Shown: piece by piece, positions 27,857 to 37,521 of the stretch | How positions within the stretch are numbered: the stretch's first letter is position 1 | How the letters are laid out: each line of letters starts with the position of its first letter | DNA from: an uncultured Streptomycetaceae bacterium | Lineage (GTDB): Bacteria; Pseudomonadota; Gammaproteobacteria; Burkholderiales; SG8-41 | Direction of reading: 5' to 3' | DNA: 45,198 nt | NCBI GenBank assembly: GCA_964564295.1 | Contig: CAZMBS010000001.1 | Location: forward strand, 12,182-57,379 | Translations under genes and position numbers: made by a program | Notes under the pieces: generated by a model | The model's database searches: none | What the model saw: the letters and a program-made list of their open reading frames with translations, nothing else | Told to the model about the DNA's origin: nothing

Positions 27857-28867
27857 ATGAACGGTTCATTGTTGGACATCGTCAGGGTACCGTGGGTCAA
27901 GAGCATCATCGTGAAAGCCGTGGTGCCGGTTCTCGACTGGGTACTGGCGCCGGCCGTTTTCGTCGCGGCCGTCCTGTTGAAGTCGGTGCGGCGCGTGGGT
28001 GTCTATCGAATGACGGTGTGCCGGTCGATTTTTTTCAGGGTGGGCGTGTTTCCGATACGCGACCATTATTACGAACCGCTGTTCAACCCCGCGCACCTGC
28101 ACGAACCGCTCGATCGCGACCGGCGCCTGCCCGCGCTCGACATGAACGTGCCGGAGCAACTTGCCACCCTCCGGCGGTTCGTCTATGCGAACGAATTGCT
28201 GGCACTGCCGTTGGTGCCGGCCGGGCCGGGGGAGTTTGGTTACCTGAATGACAACTTTGGTCCCGGAGATGCCGAGTTTTACTATAGCCTGATCAGATCG
28301 TGCAAACCCTCCCGCATCGTCGAAATCGGCAGTGGCTTTTCGACGCTGATCGGGCGGAAAGCAATTGCTGCCAACGTAGTCGAGAACGGCGATTATCGCT
28401 GCCAATATACCTGCATCGAACCCTTCGAGATGCCGTGGCTGGAACGCATCGACGGAATCGAAGTTGTCCGAAAGCAGTTACAGGAGGTCGATCCTGCGCT
28501 GTTCGGAGCGTTGCGGGAAAACGATATTCTGTTCATCGACTCCTCCCATGTCGTTCGACCGCAAGGCGACGTCGTGCGGGAGTACCTGGAACTGCTGCCC
28601 ATGATCGGAAGCGGTACCTACGTGCATGTCCATGACATGTTCACGCCCAGGGACTATCCGGCGGTATGGATGAAGGACCAGCTTCGGCTGTGGAACGAGC
28701 AGTATCTGGTGGAGGCATTCCTGAGTTTCAATCCGGAATTTCGAGTGGTAGGTGCGCTGAGTTTTCTGCGATATCACCACCCCGCCGCGCTGGCGGCCGC
28801 ATTCCCCATGTTCGCGAAGCGCATCGAAGGCTACGAACCGGTATCGTTCTGGATGCGGCGGCGTTGA
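27857..28867 (+). CDS. Class I SAM-dependent methyltransferase
   Basis: HYYEP, IVEIGSGFST, IEP, DILFIDSSH, HVHD, WNEQY. Start reassigned to ATG 27857. Confidence 0.82.
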   Translation: MNGSLLDIVRVPWVKSIIVKAVVPVLDWVLAPAVFVAAVLLKSVRRVGVYRMTVCRSIFFRVGVFPIRDHYYEPLFNPAHLHEPLDRDRRLPALDMNVPEQLATLRRFVYANELLALPLVPAGPGEFGYLNDNFGPGDAEFYYSLIRSCKPSRIVEIGSGFSTLIGRKAIAANVVENGDYRCQYTCIEPFEMPWLERIDGIEVVRKQLQEVDPALFGALRENDILFIDSSHVVRPQGDVVREYLELLPMIGSGTYVHVHDMFTPRDYPAVWMKDQLRLWNEQYLVEAFLSFNPEFRVVGALSFLRYHHPAALAAAFPMFAKRIEGYEPVSFWMRRR

Positions 28868-28950
28868 TTGAAGACCGCGGAGCACCGCCGGGGTGCGCGA
28901 GATATAATATGATGATTATGCTGGGTAATTTCCTCCCGGGACTTTGAATC

Positions 28951-29757
28951 TTGGCTGCCAGTTCTCAGCCCGGCAATTTTCGCTTGGCATTGCGTGATCT
29001 TTCGAGCGGTATTGGCAGCATTTACATCTGGCCCATGCTGGGCTGGCAGGAAATCCGGCAACGCTATCGTCGATCGATGATCGGACCGTTCTGGCTCACG
29101 ATCAGCAACGGAGCGCTGGTTTGTGGCATGGGCCCCCTGTACGGCCGGCTTTTCGGAATGGACATTTCCACCTATTTTCCGTTCCTCGCCGTGAGCTTTG
29201 TGGTGTGGCTCCTGATCGCCAACTTGATCAATGAATCCTGCACGGCCTTTATCGCTGCCGAAGGCTACGTCAAACAGATCAAGCTTCCATTATCCGTGCA
29301 CGTGCTGCGGCTGGTTTGGAAGAACTTGATTATTTTTGCGCACAACCTTGTCATTGTCGTGATCGTGCTCTTTTTTTTCCCGCCGGCGCTTACATGGCAA
29401 CTTCTCCTGGTTCCCCTTGCTGTTCTGGTCATCGCCGCGAACGGCATCTGGGTGGGATTGTTGCTGGGCCTCTTGTGCGCCCGATTCAGGGACATTCCAC
29501 AAATCGTCGCAAGCCTGATGCAAGTGGCGCTCTTTCTTACCCCGGTCATGTGGAAAGCCGACATGCTTGGCCGGCATATCTGGGCTGCGAAGGCAAATCC
29601 GCTTTTTCATTTTCTCGAGATTGTGAGGCAACCGTTGCTGGGGGGCGGGTCGGCCGCAGCCTCGTGGACGTTCGTTCTGGTGATCACTTTGCTCGGATTC
29701 GCGGCAACGCTGTTCGTGTTTGGCCGCTTCCGCGCCAGAATCGCATACTGGTTGTAG
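28951..29757 (+). CDS. wzm: O-antigen/polysaccharide ABC transporter permease
   Basis: EIRQRYRRSMIGPFW, six TMs, RFRDI, LTPVMW, NP. Confidence 0.92.
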   Translation: MAASSQPGNFRLALRDLSSGIGSIYIWPMLGWQEIRQRYRRSMIGPFWLTISNGALVCGMGPLYGRLFGMDISTYFPFLAVSFVVWLLIANLINESCTAFIAAEGYVKQIKLPLSVHVLRLVWKNLIIFAHNLVIVVIVLFFFPPALTWQLLLVPLAVLVIAANGIWVGLLLGLLCARFRDIPQIVASLMQVALFLTPVMWKADMLGRHIWAAKANPLFHFLEIVRQPLLGGGSAAASWTFVLVITLLGFAATLFVFGRFRARIAYWL

Positions 29758-29764
29758 GGCAAAA

Positions 29765-30547
29765 ATGGCCCGTGTAACTGCTCGTGACGTGGTGGTCGAG
29801 TTCCCGATCTACGGGACGCAGAGCCGTTCGCTCAAAAACACGTTCATTCGGACAGCGACAGGTGGCATGCTCGCGCGCGATGCGGCTGACCGCGTCATCG
29901 TGAGGGCGCTGGATCGGGTGAGTTTTGATTTTCGGGAGGGCGACCGCGTCGGCATCGTGGGACACAACGGCTCCGGAAAATCCACGTTGCTGAGAGTGAT
30001 TGCGGGAACTTACGAGCCCATCCGCGGCGCGATTGAGGTTCAGGGCAGGGTCGCCTCAATGCTGAGCATCGTGCTTGGCATGGAAGCCGAGGCAACGGGC
30101 TACGAGAACATTTTTCTGCGCGGCACCATCATGGGTCTGCGACCCAAACAGATCCGTTCGCTCGTCGACGACATCGTCGAGTTTTCGGAGTTGGGCGACT
30201 ATATGGGAATGCCGCTGCGGACGTATTCGAGTGGCATGTACATGCGCCTCGCATTCGCGATTTCGACCAGCGTTCCGGCCGAAATTATCGTCATGGACGA
30301 GTGGCTCAGTGTGGGCGATGCCTCTTTTTACGAAAAGGCGCAGCAACGGCTGCACGCCCTCATCGGCCGCGCGAAAATTCTTTTTCTTGCCTCGCATGAC
30401 AAGACGCTGCTCGAGAAAAACTGCAATGTCATCATGCAGCTGGACCACGGCATTCTTAAGGATGTCTGGCGCGTCGACAGTGCGACCTCACCCGGAGACG
30501 ATGCGACGCGCGCCGGCAACAATCAGGCGTCTGACGAACTTCATTAG
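29765..30547 (+). CDS. wzt: O-antigen/polysaccharide ABC transporter ATPase (no C-terminal carbohydrate-binding domain)
   Basis: GHNGSGKST, YSSGM..RLAF, DE.LSVGD, SH. 260 aa. Confidence 0.93.
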   Translation: MARVTARDVVVEFPIYGTQSRSLKNTFIRTATGGMLARDAADRVIVRALDRVSFDFREGDRVGIVGHNGSGKSTLLRVIAGTYEPIRGAIEVQGRVASMLSIVLGMEAEATGYENIFLRGTIMGLRPKQIRSLVDDIVEFSELGDYMGMPLRTYSSGMYMRLAFAISTSVPAEIIVMDEWLSVGDASFYEKAQQRLHALIGRAKILFLASHDKTLLEKNCNVIMQLDHGILKDVWRVDSATSPGDDATRAGNNQASDELH

Positions 30548-31297
30548 CGAGTATAGGCAAAACAGCCAGGCTAACGGCCACGGCAGGTGCCCGCTTTCAG
30601 CCAACAGACGGTAGTTGCCAAGTTCCGCCCGCTCCATTGATCCCAGAGCCGCACTCAGGCCCCGGGCGCCGTAGGGCGGCTTGAAGGTATACGCCAGCAC
30701 GGCGTCGATCCGCGCGACCATTCCGCCTTCGGCTGCGATCTGCAGCCACAGCAGATGGTCCTCCATGTGGCGACGTCCCTCGACAAACCGATGACGCCCG
30801 TCACGTCTCACCATGGCTGCCGGCGTCACGAAGCGATTGGAGAGCAGCAGCTGCCGGAACGTGATGTTCTCAATCGCTCCAGAACCGACTACCGCCGGAC
30901 TTGCGTCGGGCGCGGCAAGTTGCGCAGCGCGATGGCCGGAAAGCGCCAGTCGCGGCTCGCGCTGCATCAATGCCGTCTGTATTTCCAGTTTCCGCGGATG
31001 CCATGCGTCGTCCGCGTCCAGAAAGGCCACGAAGTCGCCCCGCGCAGCGTTCCATCCGGTATTGCGCGCCGTTGCCGGCCCGCTGTTCACCGGCAACGCG
31101 ATGATTCTCACGCGCTCCGGACCGACGCTGTTCAGAATCCGGAAGAGCTCGACGCGAGTTTGCGCGTCGCTCGCATCGTCAACCAGAATGATTTCGAGCG
31201 CACGGGAAGTCTGTTGCTCGACCGAATTCACGGCGCGCGCGATGGTTTCCGCGCAGCCGTAGCACGGAATCACGACGCTGACCGGAACCGATTTCAT
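30488..31297 (-). CDS. Glycosyltransferase family 2
   Basis: SVVIPCY, VDDAS, NSGPATARN, AFLDADD.W.P.KL, ED. Confidence 0.88.
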   Translation of the reverse strand: MKSVPVSVVIPCYGCAETIARAVNSVEQQTSRALEIILVDDASDAQTRVELFRILNSVGPERVRIIALPVNSGPATARNTGWNAARGDFVAFLDADDAWHPRKLEIQTALMQREPRLALSGHRAAQLAAPDASPAVVGSGAIENITFRQLLLSNRFVTPAAMVRRDGRHRFVEGRRHMEDHLLWLQIAAEGGMVARIDAVLAYTFKPPYGARGLSAALGSMERAELGNYRLLAESGHLPWPLAWLFCLYSLMKFVRRLIVAGARRIVSG

Positions 31298-31318
31298 CCG
31301 AACGCCGTGGATGCGATC

Positions 31319-31999
31319 TCAAAGATTACGCTGCGCGTCCGAGTACCGTTGCGGGGTGCCGATATCGGTCAGCTCCGAATCCACTGCGAAGCCGAAACAG
31401 CGCCCTGTCGCTACCAAGCCGGGAATAACGTCAAGCTCCAGCGAAAACGGGCTCGGCATGACCCATTCCCGCGGCAACCCCGCCTGAACCAGATATATAC
31501 CCGCGCTGATGAACGTGCCGACACCGGATTTTTCGCTGAATCGCTTGACCCGGCCGTCGGGGCCGAGTTCCACGGTGCCGCCGTCGGCGCGCCCGCGGGA
31601 GCCCGCCAGCACGACGGAAAACGGGCTGGACTTTCTCGCGTGGAACGCCCGGAGCGCGCCCAAGTCCACGCGGCAAAGCGAATCGCCATTCATGGCCAGA
31701 AAGGGATCGCCTTGAACCAGCCCGGCGGCCTGACGAATCGCGCCTCCGGTCCCCATCGGGACGGATTCCTCTGAAAACAGAAATTCAACATCGTGCCGCT
31801 GCCGGCAGTGCTCGATAATCTTGTGCCGCCCGTGGCTCACGCACATGATAATCCGGTGCGTACCCTGGTCCCGGAGGTAGTCGATCAGGATGTCCAGGAA
31901 TGGACGCCCCCTGATTTCAGCGAGCGGCTTCGGCAACTGGTCACCGATGGTGCTGCGTAGCCGGGTGCCAAGGCCACCGGCCAGAATAACGGCGTCCAT
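31319..31999 (-). CDS. hddC: Heptose-1-phosphate guanylyltransferase (HddC/WcbM-like)
   Basis: ILAGGLGTRL, PKP, GTGGA, NGD, DIGTP. Adjacent to hddA. Confidence 0.8.
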   Translation of the reverse strand: MDAVILAGGLGTRLRSTIGDQLPKPLAEIRGRPFLDILIDYLRDQGTHRIIMCVSHGRHKIIEHCRQRHDVEFLFSEESVPMGTGGAIRQAAGLVQGDPFLAMNGDSLCRVDLGALRAFHARKSSPFSVVLAGSRGRADGGTVELGPDGRVKRFSEKSGVGTFISAGIYLVQAGLPREWVMPSPFSLELDVIPGLVATGRCFGFAVDSELTDIGTPQRYSDAQRNL

Positions 32000-32079
32000 A
32001 ACGAATCGTCGCGTGTTATCGAGCGGTCGCTCGATGCAGGGGGATCGGCGCGACGAACGAAAGCGGCGCCGGGCGGGAT

Positions 32080-33078
32080 CTATCCATGCCCGTCTCTCGC
32101 GAAGTAAATGATTTGCGATCCAAGATGATCGAAGCGGGCAGGCACATGAAGCAGGCCCGCCAACGCTTTCCGTATGGCCTCCTGACGATCAGGCTCCGCA
32201 AAGAACAACATGAACCCACCACCGCCGGCGCCAAGCAGTTTTCCGCCCAGAGCGCCCGCATTGATGCCGGAAGCGTAAATGCGATCAATTTCATCGTTGG
32301 AAATCAGGGACGATACTTTTCTCTTTATGACCCACTGTTCGTGCAGGAGCTGCCCGAATCCGCTCAGGCCGCCCTGCTTGTCGAACAGAATTTTCTCCGC
32401 TTCGTCCACAATGCGCACCATTTCGCCGAGATCCACCTTCTTCTTCGCAATATTCGAGATTTGCTCCTGCGCGATCTCCGAAGCAATTCGAGGCAGGCCG
32501 GTATAAAACAGCATGACATGCTGCTGAAGCTGTTCCATCCTTTCCGGCGGCAATATGAGCGGCTTGACCTGAAATTCGGTTGCGCCGCCGAACTCAATGC
32601 GATTCAGTCCGCCAAAAGCCGCCGCAGTCTGGTCCTGAGAGCCGACATGCTCGCCGATCTCGTCCTGCTCGATCCGGATGGCATTGATCGCCAACTGGCG
32701 CTTTGTCGGCATTTCATGCTTGAGCGCATATAACGCATGCAGCAAGCCGACTGTAAAAGTCGAACTGGATCCCAGTCCCGATCTTGCAGGAACATCGCCG
32801 TGATGCACGATGTCTACGCCCTGATCGATCTCGAGATACTTGAGGCAGGTCCGCACGGCCGGATGCTGAATATCATCGACCGACTGCGTTTCTTCGCGCT
32901 TGTAATATCGAATCAGATTCTTGTAGCCGTGAAAAGGCGGCAGATAGCGGCAGGTGATGTAGCAATACTTGTTAATCGCGGCACTGAGTACCGCGCCTCC
33001 GTGTTCCCGATACCAGACCGGGTAGTCGGTTCCGCCGCCGAAGAAGGAAACCCGATAGGGTGTTCTGCTGATAATCAT
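32080..33078 (-). CDS. hddA: GHMP kinase, D-glycero-D-manno-heptose-7-phosphate kinase (HddA/WcbL-like)
   Basis: SRTPYRVSFFGGGTD, PARSGLGSSS, GSQDQ..AAFGG, GGKLLGAGGGGF. Confidence 0.85.
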   Translation of the reverse strand: MIISRTPYRVSFFGGGTDYPVWYREHGGAVLSAAINKYCYITCRYLPPFHGYKNLIRYYKREETQSVDDIQHPAVRTCLKYLEIDQGVDIVHHGDVPARSGLGSSSTFTVGLLHALYALKHEMPTKRQLAINAIRIEQDEIGEHVGSQDQTAAAFGGLNRIEFGGATEFQVKPLILPPERMEQLQQHVMLFYTGLPRIASEIAQEQISNIAKKKVDLGEMVRIVDEAEKILFDKQGGLSGFGQLLHEQWVIKRKVSSLISNDEIDRIYASGINAGALGGKLLGAGGGGFMLFFAEPDRQEAIRKALAGLLHVPARFDHLGSQIIYFARDGHG

Positions 33079-33123
33079 GTTTTGTCCGTGAGCTATCCGG
33101 GCGTGCGCGCCCGGGAAATTTCG

Positions 33124-33639
33124 TCAGTCGACAAAGCGCCCTATTTCATCGCGTTGCGACAGAACGGGACTCCTGGTCGGCCACCAGATATTCAGTTCCG
33201 GATCGTTCCAGACATAGGTGAATTGCCCTTTCGGGTTGTAGTACGTATTCTGCTTGTAGTGGAAAATCGCCAGTTTGCTGAGAACCAGGTGGCCGTTGCC
33301 GTGCTGTGGCGGAATCAGCACCTGGTGACGATTTGAATCTGACAGCACGAACGACTGCCAACGACCGAATTCCTTCGATTTTCTGTCGGCATTCACGACG
33401 ACCAGATAGAGCCTGCCAAAATGGCAGGAGACCAGCTTCCAGGTTTCCTCGTCGCCGTGGATTCCGCGCAGCACGTTGTGCGAAGAAACGGAAATATCGT
33501 CCTGCACAAACGTGACGTCAATGCCTTGTTCACGGTAAAGCTTCTCGTTGTAGGTTTCCACGTATTGGCCGCGAAAATCCTCGAATATTTCCGGCTTGAT
33601 CAGCAGCACGCCTTCCAGTTTCGTTTTCACGATCTGCAT
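33124..33639 (-). CDS. RmlC-family cupin 3(,5)-epimerase, resembling Campylobacter GDP-heptose epimerases MlghB/DdahB
   Basis: FEDFRG, NVLRGIHGD..TWKLVSC, PP..GNGH. Start at ATG 33639. Confidence 0.85.
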   Translation of the reverse strand: MQIVKTKLEGVLLIKPEIFEDFRGQYVETYNEKLYREQGIDVTFVQDDISVSSHNVLRGIHGDEETWKLVSCHFGRLYLVVVNADRKSKEFGRWQSFVLSDSNRHQVLIPPQHGNGHLVLSKLAIFHYKQNTYYNPKGQFTYVWNDPELNIWWPTRSPVLSQRDEIGRFVD

Positions 33640-33652
33640 GGTATCCCGGACA

Positions 33653-34603
33653 TCAGTTGACTGGTGAATTTGCGGGTTGCCATACCACGAACGAATATCC
33701 TTCATGGTACAGGCTGCCAAAATACATCCGTCGCGTGTCGATAATCCTGATTCGGCCCGAATCGGAAAGTTCTCTGAGATAGGGCAGGAAACCCGTGAGG
33801 TAACCCCGTTTGCAATGATAGCGAACGGCAAGATGATCGAGGAGGCAATTCTTATCGTACAAGTCCAGCAGCGGTTCCATATGCACACAAATCTTCGGCT
33901 GCTGGCTCAGCAGATAATCCACAAATGCCCTGTGCCGGGGACCGACCTGCTCAAGAGCGCACATGGTAAGCACTCCGCAGCCGTTCTCAAGTTGCAGGGA
34001 CGGGTCAGGCCTGAAAAAATCGAATTGCCGGCCTGAAATGTCTATGCCGAGTTTGCCTCTCAACAGGTTCACCGTATCGTTGGAGGACTTCGACCAGTCG
34101 AGTCCATGCAGGCGCACTCCCGGGAACTGTTCTGCGAGCGCCACCAGGTTGAATCCGCTGCCGCAGCCAAACTCATACGCGGCTTCGACATTTCGAAAAT
34201 ACCGGTCAAACAGGTAAGTCCGGATTACTTTCAGGAATGAAGCCTCAAACCCGGGTTTCCGGGGAATCGCGAACTGCTGCCGCAAGCGAACGGGCTGTCC
34301 CGAGCGGATGAACTCCGGAAGCAGTTTGCCCGGATCATGTGAGCCATCCACAAACCGTCGCAGATTCTCCGCCCAGCATCGCTCCCAAATGTCTGCCCGC
34401 TGTTCACCGACGCGCGTCGGCTTGTCTGATTCAAGATGCCGCAGCACCTCGAGGATGATCAGGTCCCGAGTTCCCTGATCCGGCAGGTCGAAACCAAAAT
34501 CCAGGCTTTCCACAAGCGTCTTGCAGGCGCCCGGGAACTCCTGCTGTGTGACACCGAGGAGCTCACAGAAATCGGGCGTGCTCAGCCGCATGGCTGCATT
34601 CAT
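33653..34603 (-). CDS. SAM-dependent methyltransferase-like protein
   Basis: YEFGCGSGFN, GLDWS, ALEQ, HMEP. ATGA-coupled to the NUDIX gene. Confidence 0.7.
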   Translation of the reverse strand: MNAAMRLSTPDFCELLGVTQQEFPGACKTLVESLDFGFDLPDQGTRDLIILEVLRHLESDKPTRVGEQRADIWERCWAENLRRFVDGSHDPGKLLPEFIRSGQPVRLRQQFAIPRKPGFEASFLKVIRTYLFDRYFRNVEAAYEFGCGSGFNLVALAEQFPGVRLHGLDWSKSSNDTVNLLRGKLGIDISGRQFDFFRPDPSLQLENGCGVLTMCALEQVGPRHRAFVDYLLSQQPKICVHMEPLLDLYDKNCLLDHLAVRYHCKRGYLTGFLPYLRELSDSGRIRIIDTRRMYFGSLYHEGYSFVVWQPANSPVN

Positions 34604-35214
34604 GGGTACTGCGAGCCTACTCGCGCCGGCGCTGCCGTCGCGGGATGCGTGGGCCGCATGGTCAGCAGAAATGTCGCCAGGATTGCCACCGGAGCGGCGA
34701 CATAGATATCGCCAGCCACGATGCGCCGGGTGAGCTCGTCCAGCGGGAAGCACTCGACACCGGCAATCTCGTCATCATGGGGCCCACGACGTTGATATTC
34801 CTCGTGCGTGATATCGACGCGAAATACGTTCATGGCCATGGATATGCGATTGGGAGACGGCGACAGGGGCGGCAACGGGGTGAGGCGGGCAATATCCGAA
34901 ATGAATATGCCGGTCTCCTCGCGCAGTTCACGCGCGGCGGCCGACGCGAGCGACTCGCCGACGCTCACCCCGCCAGCGGGCAATTCGAGCGGCGTGTCGT
35001 CGATTATCGGCCGCTTTACCCTTACCAGCACCACGGCCTCGCGGCCGACAACCGGCAGGATGATCACCTGAGGCTGGCGGTACTCGACAGTATAGTAAGT
35101 GTCGCGCAAGCATACCGAAAACCAGGGATTCTCATGCAGGATTACGCGCTGAAACCGGTCCGTACTCTCGGGGATTACGCCGGGTAGCGGGGTGGGAGGG
35201 GAACCGGAGTTCAT
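34600..35214 (-). CDS. NUDIX hydrolase (ADP-ribose/NDP-sugar pyrophosphatase-like)
   Basis: Nudix box ELPAGGVSVGESLASAAARELREETG. Confidence 0.88.
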   Translation of the reverse strand: MNSGSPPTPLPGVIPESTDRFQRVILHENPWFSVCLRDTYYTVEYRQPQVIILPVVGREAVVLVRVKRPIIDDTPLELPAGGVSVGESLASAAARELREETGIFISDIARLTPLPPLSPSPNRISMAMNVFRVDITHEEYQRRGPHDDEIAGVECFPLDELTRRIVAGDIYVAAPVAILATFLLTMRPTHPATAAPARVGSQYP

Positions 35215-36227
35215 CGCGTGAGGTATGTCCCGCCGGCGCCAATTTTCAGGCGCCAGTAGTCGAGCAAGTCGCGGATCGTCTGCTCAAAGGAGAATTTCGG
35301 CGCCCATCCGGTATGCGCGCGAAACTTGGAGGTGTCGGGAATCTGCAGGTCTGCATCTATAGGGCGCAGACGCTCTGGGTCTACTTCGATGCGTATTCCC
35401 GGATGCGTGGACAGCGACAGCAACCGGTCAAGCATTTCGCCGATCGTGCACGACCATTCGCCTCCGATATTGTAGTAAGCCCCGGGCTGGGGATTCACCG
35501 TGACCAGCATGTGATAGGCACGAACTGCGTCGCGCACGTCGGACCAGGTTCGCAGCGACTTCAGATTTCCAACCTTGATCACGGGGTGAATCTGGCCCGC
35601 TTCGATCATTGCGATCTGCTTGGCGAACGTTGACTCCGCGAAGACGTCCCCGCGGCGCGGGCCAGTATGCGTAAACATGCGCGTCGTCATGACTTTCTGG
35701 CCATAGGCCTCGGCATGAAAGCGACCCACCAGATCGGTTCCGACCTTGGAGATGGCGTAAGGGGATGCCGGGTGAAAGGTGCAATCCTCGTGTATCGGCA
35801 CCTTCTCCTTGGGGACACGGCCATACACCTCCGACGACGCGCAAACGTGTATAACCGGGGCGATACCCGGGCATCGACGAAGCGATTCCAACAGCCGCGC
35901 AGTGCCTTGAATATTGGTGTCGTACGTATCCAGCGGGGACGCGAAACTCGTGGTGGGATAGCTTTGTGCGGCCAGATGGAACACGTAGTCCGGCCGGCAC
36001 TGCTCCACGACATTCTGAAGAGAGATGTAATCCCGCAGATCGCAATAGACGAAAAAAACCCGGTCCTTCCTGTTTGCTCTCGGCACCAGATGCTGAACGT
36101 TGTCCAGCGGACTGCGCCAACGGCAGGCGCCGTATACATCCCAGTCCGTATGCTCCAGCAGGTAGTCTGCCAGATGCGAACCGACCATACCGGTGATGCC
36201 GGTTATCAGGGCGCGAACCTTCGTCAT
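35211..36227 (-). CDS. GDP-heptose/GDP-mannose 4,6-dehydratase (WcbK/DmhA-like)
   Basis: LITGITGMVGSHL, CRWRSPLDN, HLAAQS, SSEVYG, SPYAISK, TRMFTHTGPRRG, RLRPID. Closely resembles Burkholderia WcbK as I recall it. Confidence 0.9.
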   Translation of the reverse strand: MTKVRALITGITGMVGSHLADYLLEHTDWDVYGACRWRSPLDNVQHLVPRANRKDRVFFVYCDLRDYISLQNVVEQCRPDYVFHLAAQSYPTTSFASPLDTYDTNIQGTARLLESLRRCPGIAPVIHVCASSEVYGRVPKEKVPIHEDCTFHPASPYAISKVGTDLVGRFHAEAYGQKVMTTRMFTHTGPRRGDVFAESTFAKQIAMIEAGQIHPVIKVGNLKSLRTWSDVRDAVRAYHMLVTVNPQPGAYYNIGGEWSCTIGEMLDRLLSLSTHPGIRIEVDPERLRPIDADLQIPDTSKFRAHTGWAPKFSFEQTIRDLLDYWRLKIGAGGTYLTR

Positions 36228-36395
36228 GAAACGTCAACTTCCTGCATTTCGCCAAACAACCGATTTGCCAATTGAATACGCCGCTTACCCGTTTGGCGAG
36301 CGGGCCAAGGTGAACAAAAGGGCGCAAGGCATCATGGTGCCGCCTGCTGCGGATTATAATGGAAAACGTGATCAAAGCCTCAGACGCAACCTGAG

Positions 36396-37466
36396 ATGCG
36401 TCAACATCTGGCGCTGGCGTCCGCCGATTGTCCGCTGATCTTGAACAGTGTTCCGGACTCGGAAGGAGCCACACGTGTCGATACGGTGTTGTCGGCGTCG
36501 ATCGGCGAAGACAGAGGAACTGCCCGAGGCGCGGCCGGTGCCCCGGGCGCGGTATCACCTCCCGTGATTAGCGTGATCGTCTTCGTGCTGAATGCGGTGA
36601 ATACGATCGAGAAAGCCCTGCAAAGCGTCACTGCTGGAAAGCAACCGTTCGTGGAATTGCTCGTAATGGACGGTGGTTCGAATGACGGAACAGTGGAGAT
36701 AATCAAGCGGTACGAGCCCAAGATCACCTTCTGGCGCAGTCATCCCGATGGCAATGCTTCGAATGCGGTAAACGAGGGCGTGCGGCGTGCAACCGGAGAG
36801 ATCGTTTGTCTCTTGCCGGCGGACGATTGGATAGAGCCCGGCGGGCTGAATCTCGTACGCAATGCTTTTGCGGGTGACCCGGACCTCGACGTGCTGTCTT
36901 GCGGAACGCGAATCGTCTCCGTAGGAGAAAGCGGCGATTTGCGCATCGAGGAGGAGTTTCTGTCACCGTCGAAACTGGATTTCCGGCTGGAAAACGTGCT
37001 GCGTCATCCGCTTACCGCGGCGCGCTTCGTCCGACGCAGGCTGTTTCTCGAGGTTGGCGACTATGATTCCACATTCGGCTCGTCCAACGACTTGGACTTT
37101 TTGATCAGAGTTCTGAGGCGGGAGCCGCGATCAAGAGTACTGCCGGACCTGGTGTATAACTATCGTTGTCATCCGGGCTCGCAGACGATCAGCGGCAAAC
37201 CCAAGGCGGTCATGGCGATGATGCGCAATAATATTCGTGTTGCGGAACACCACCTTGCATGCGTCGACCTCAGCCCACGCGATCGGGCGTCGTTGCTCGG
37301 GCTGCACGGCCGCGCATCCACGCGGCTTGGGGTAATGCTTACGTTGCGCGCCGAATGGTCCGAGGCAATCTCGGTAGTTTTCCGGGCGTTGTCGGTGAAT
37401 CCCCTGTTGCCCATGAAGGTGATTGTCTGGATAGCGCATAAGTGGACGGGATACATCCCCAGGTGA
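36396..37466 (+). CDS. Glycosyltransferase family 2
   Basis: ISVIV..LNA, MDGGSNDGT, NEG..RATGE, ADD. True start may be downstream. Confidence 0.8.
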   Translation: MRQHLALASADCPLILNSVPDSEGATRVDTVLSASIGEDRGTARGAAGAPGAVSPPVISVIVFVLNAVNTIEKALQSVTAGKQPFVELLVMDGGSNDGTVEIIKRYEPKITFWRSHPDGNASNAVNEGVRRATGEIVCLLPADDWIEPGGLNLVRNAFAGDPDLDVLSCGTRIVSVGESGDLRIEEEFLSPSKLDFRLENVLRHPLTAARFVRRRLFLEVGDYDSTFGSSNDLDFLIRVLRREPRSRVLPDLVYNYRCHPGSQTISGKPKAVMAMMRNNIRVAEHHLACVDLSPRDRASLLGLHGRASTRLGVMLTLRAEWSEAISVVFRALSVNPLLPMKVIVWIAHKWTGYIPR

Positions 37467-37521
37467 CGATATTCCGGGATTGACAGCTAAGCGCTGATGT
37501 AGGGTTGCCAAGGAGAGAGAA

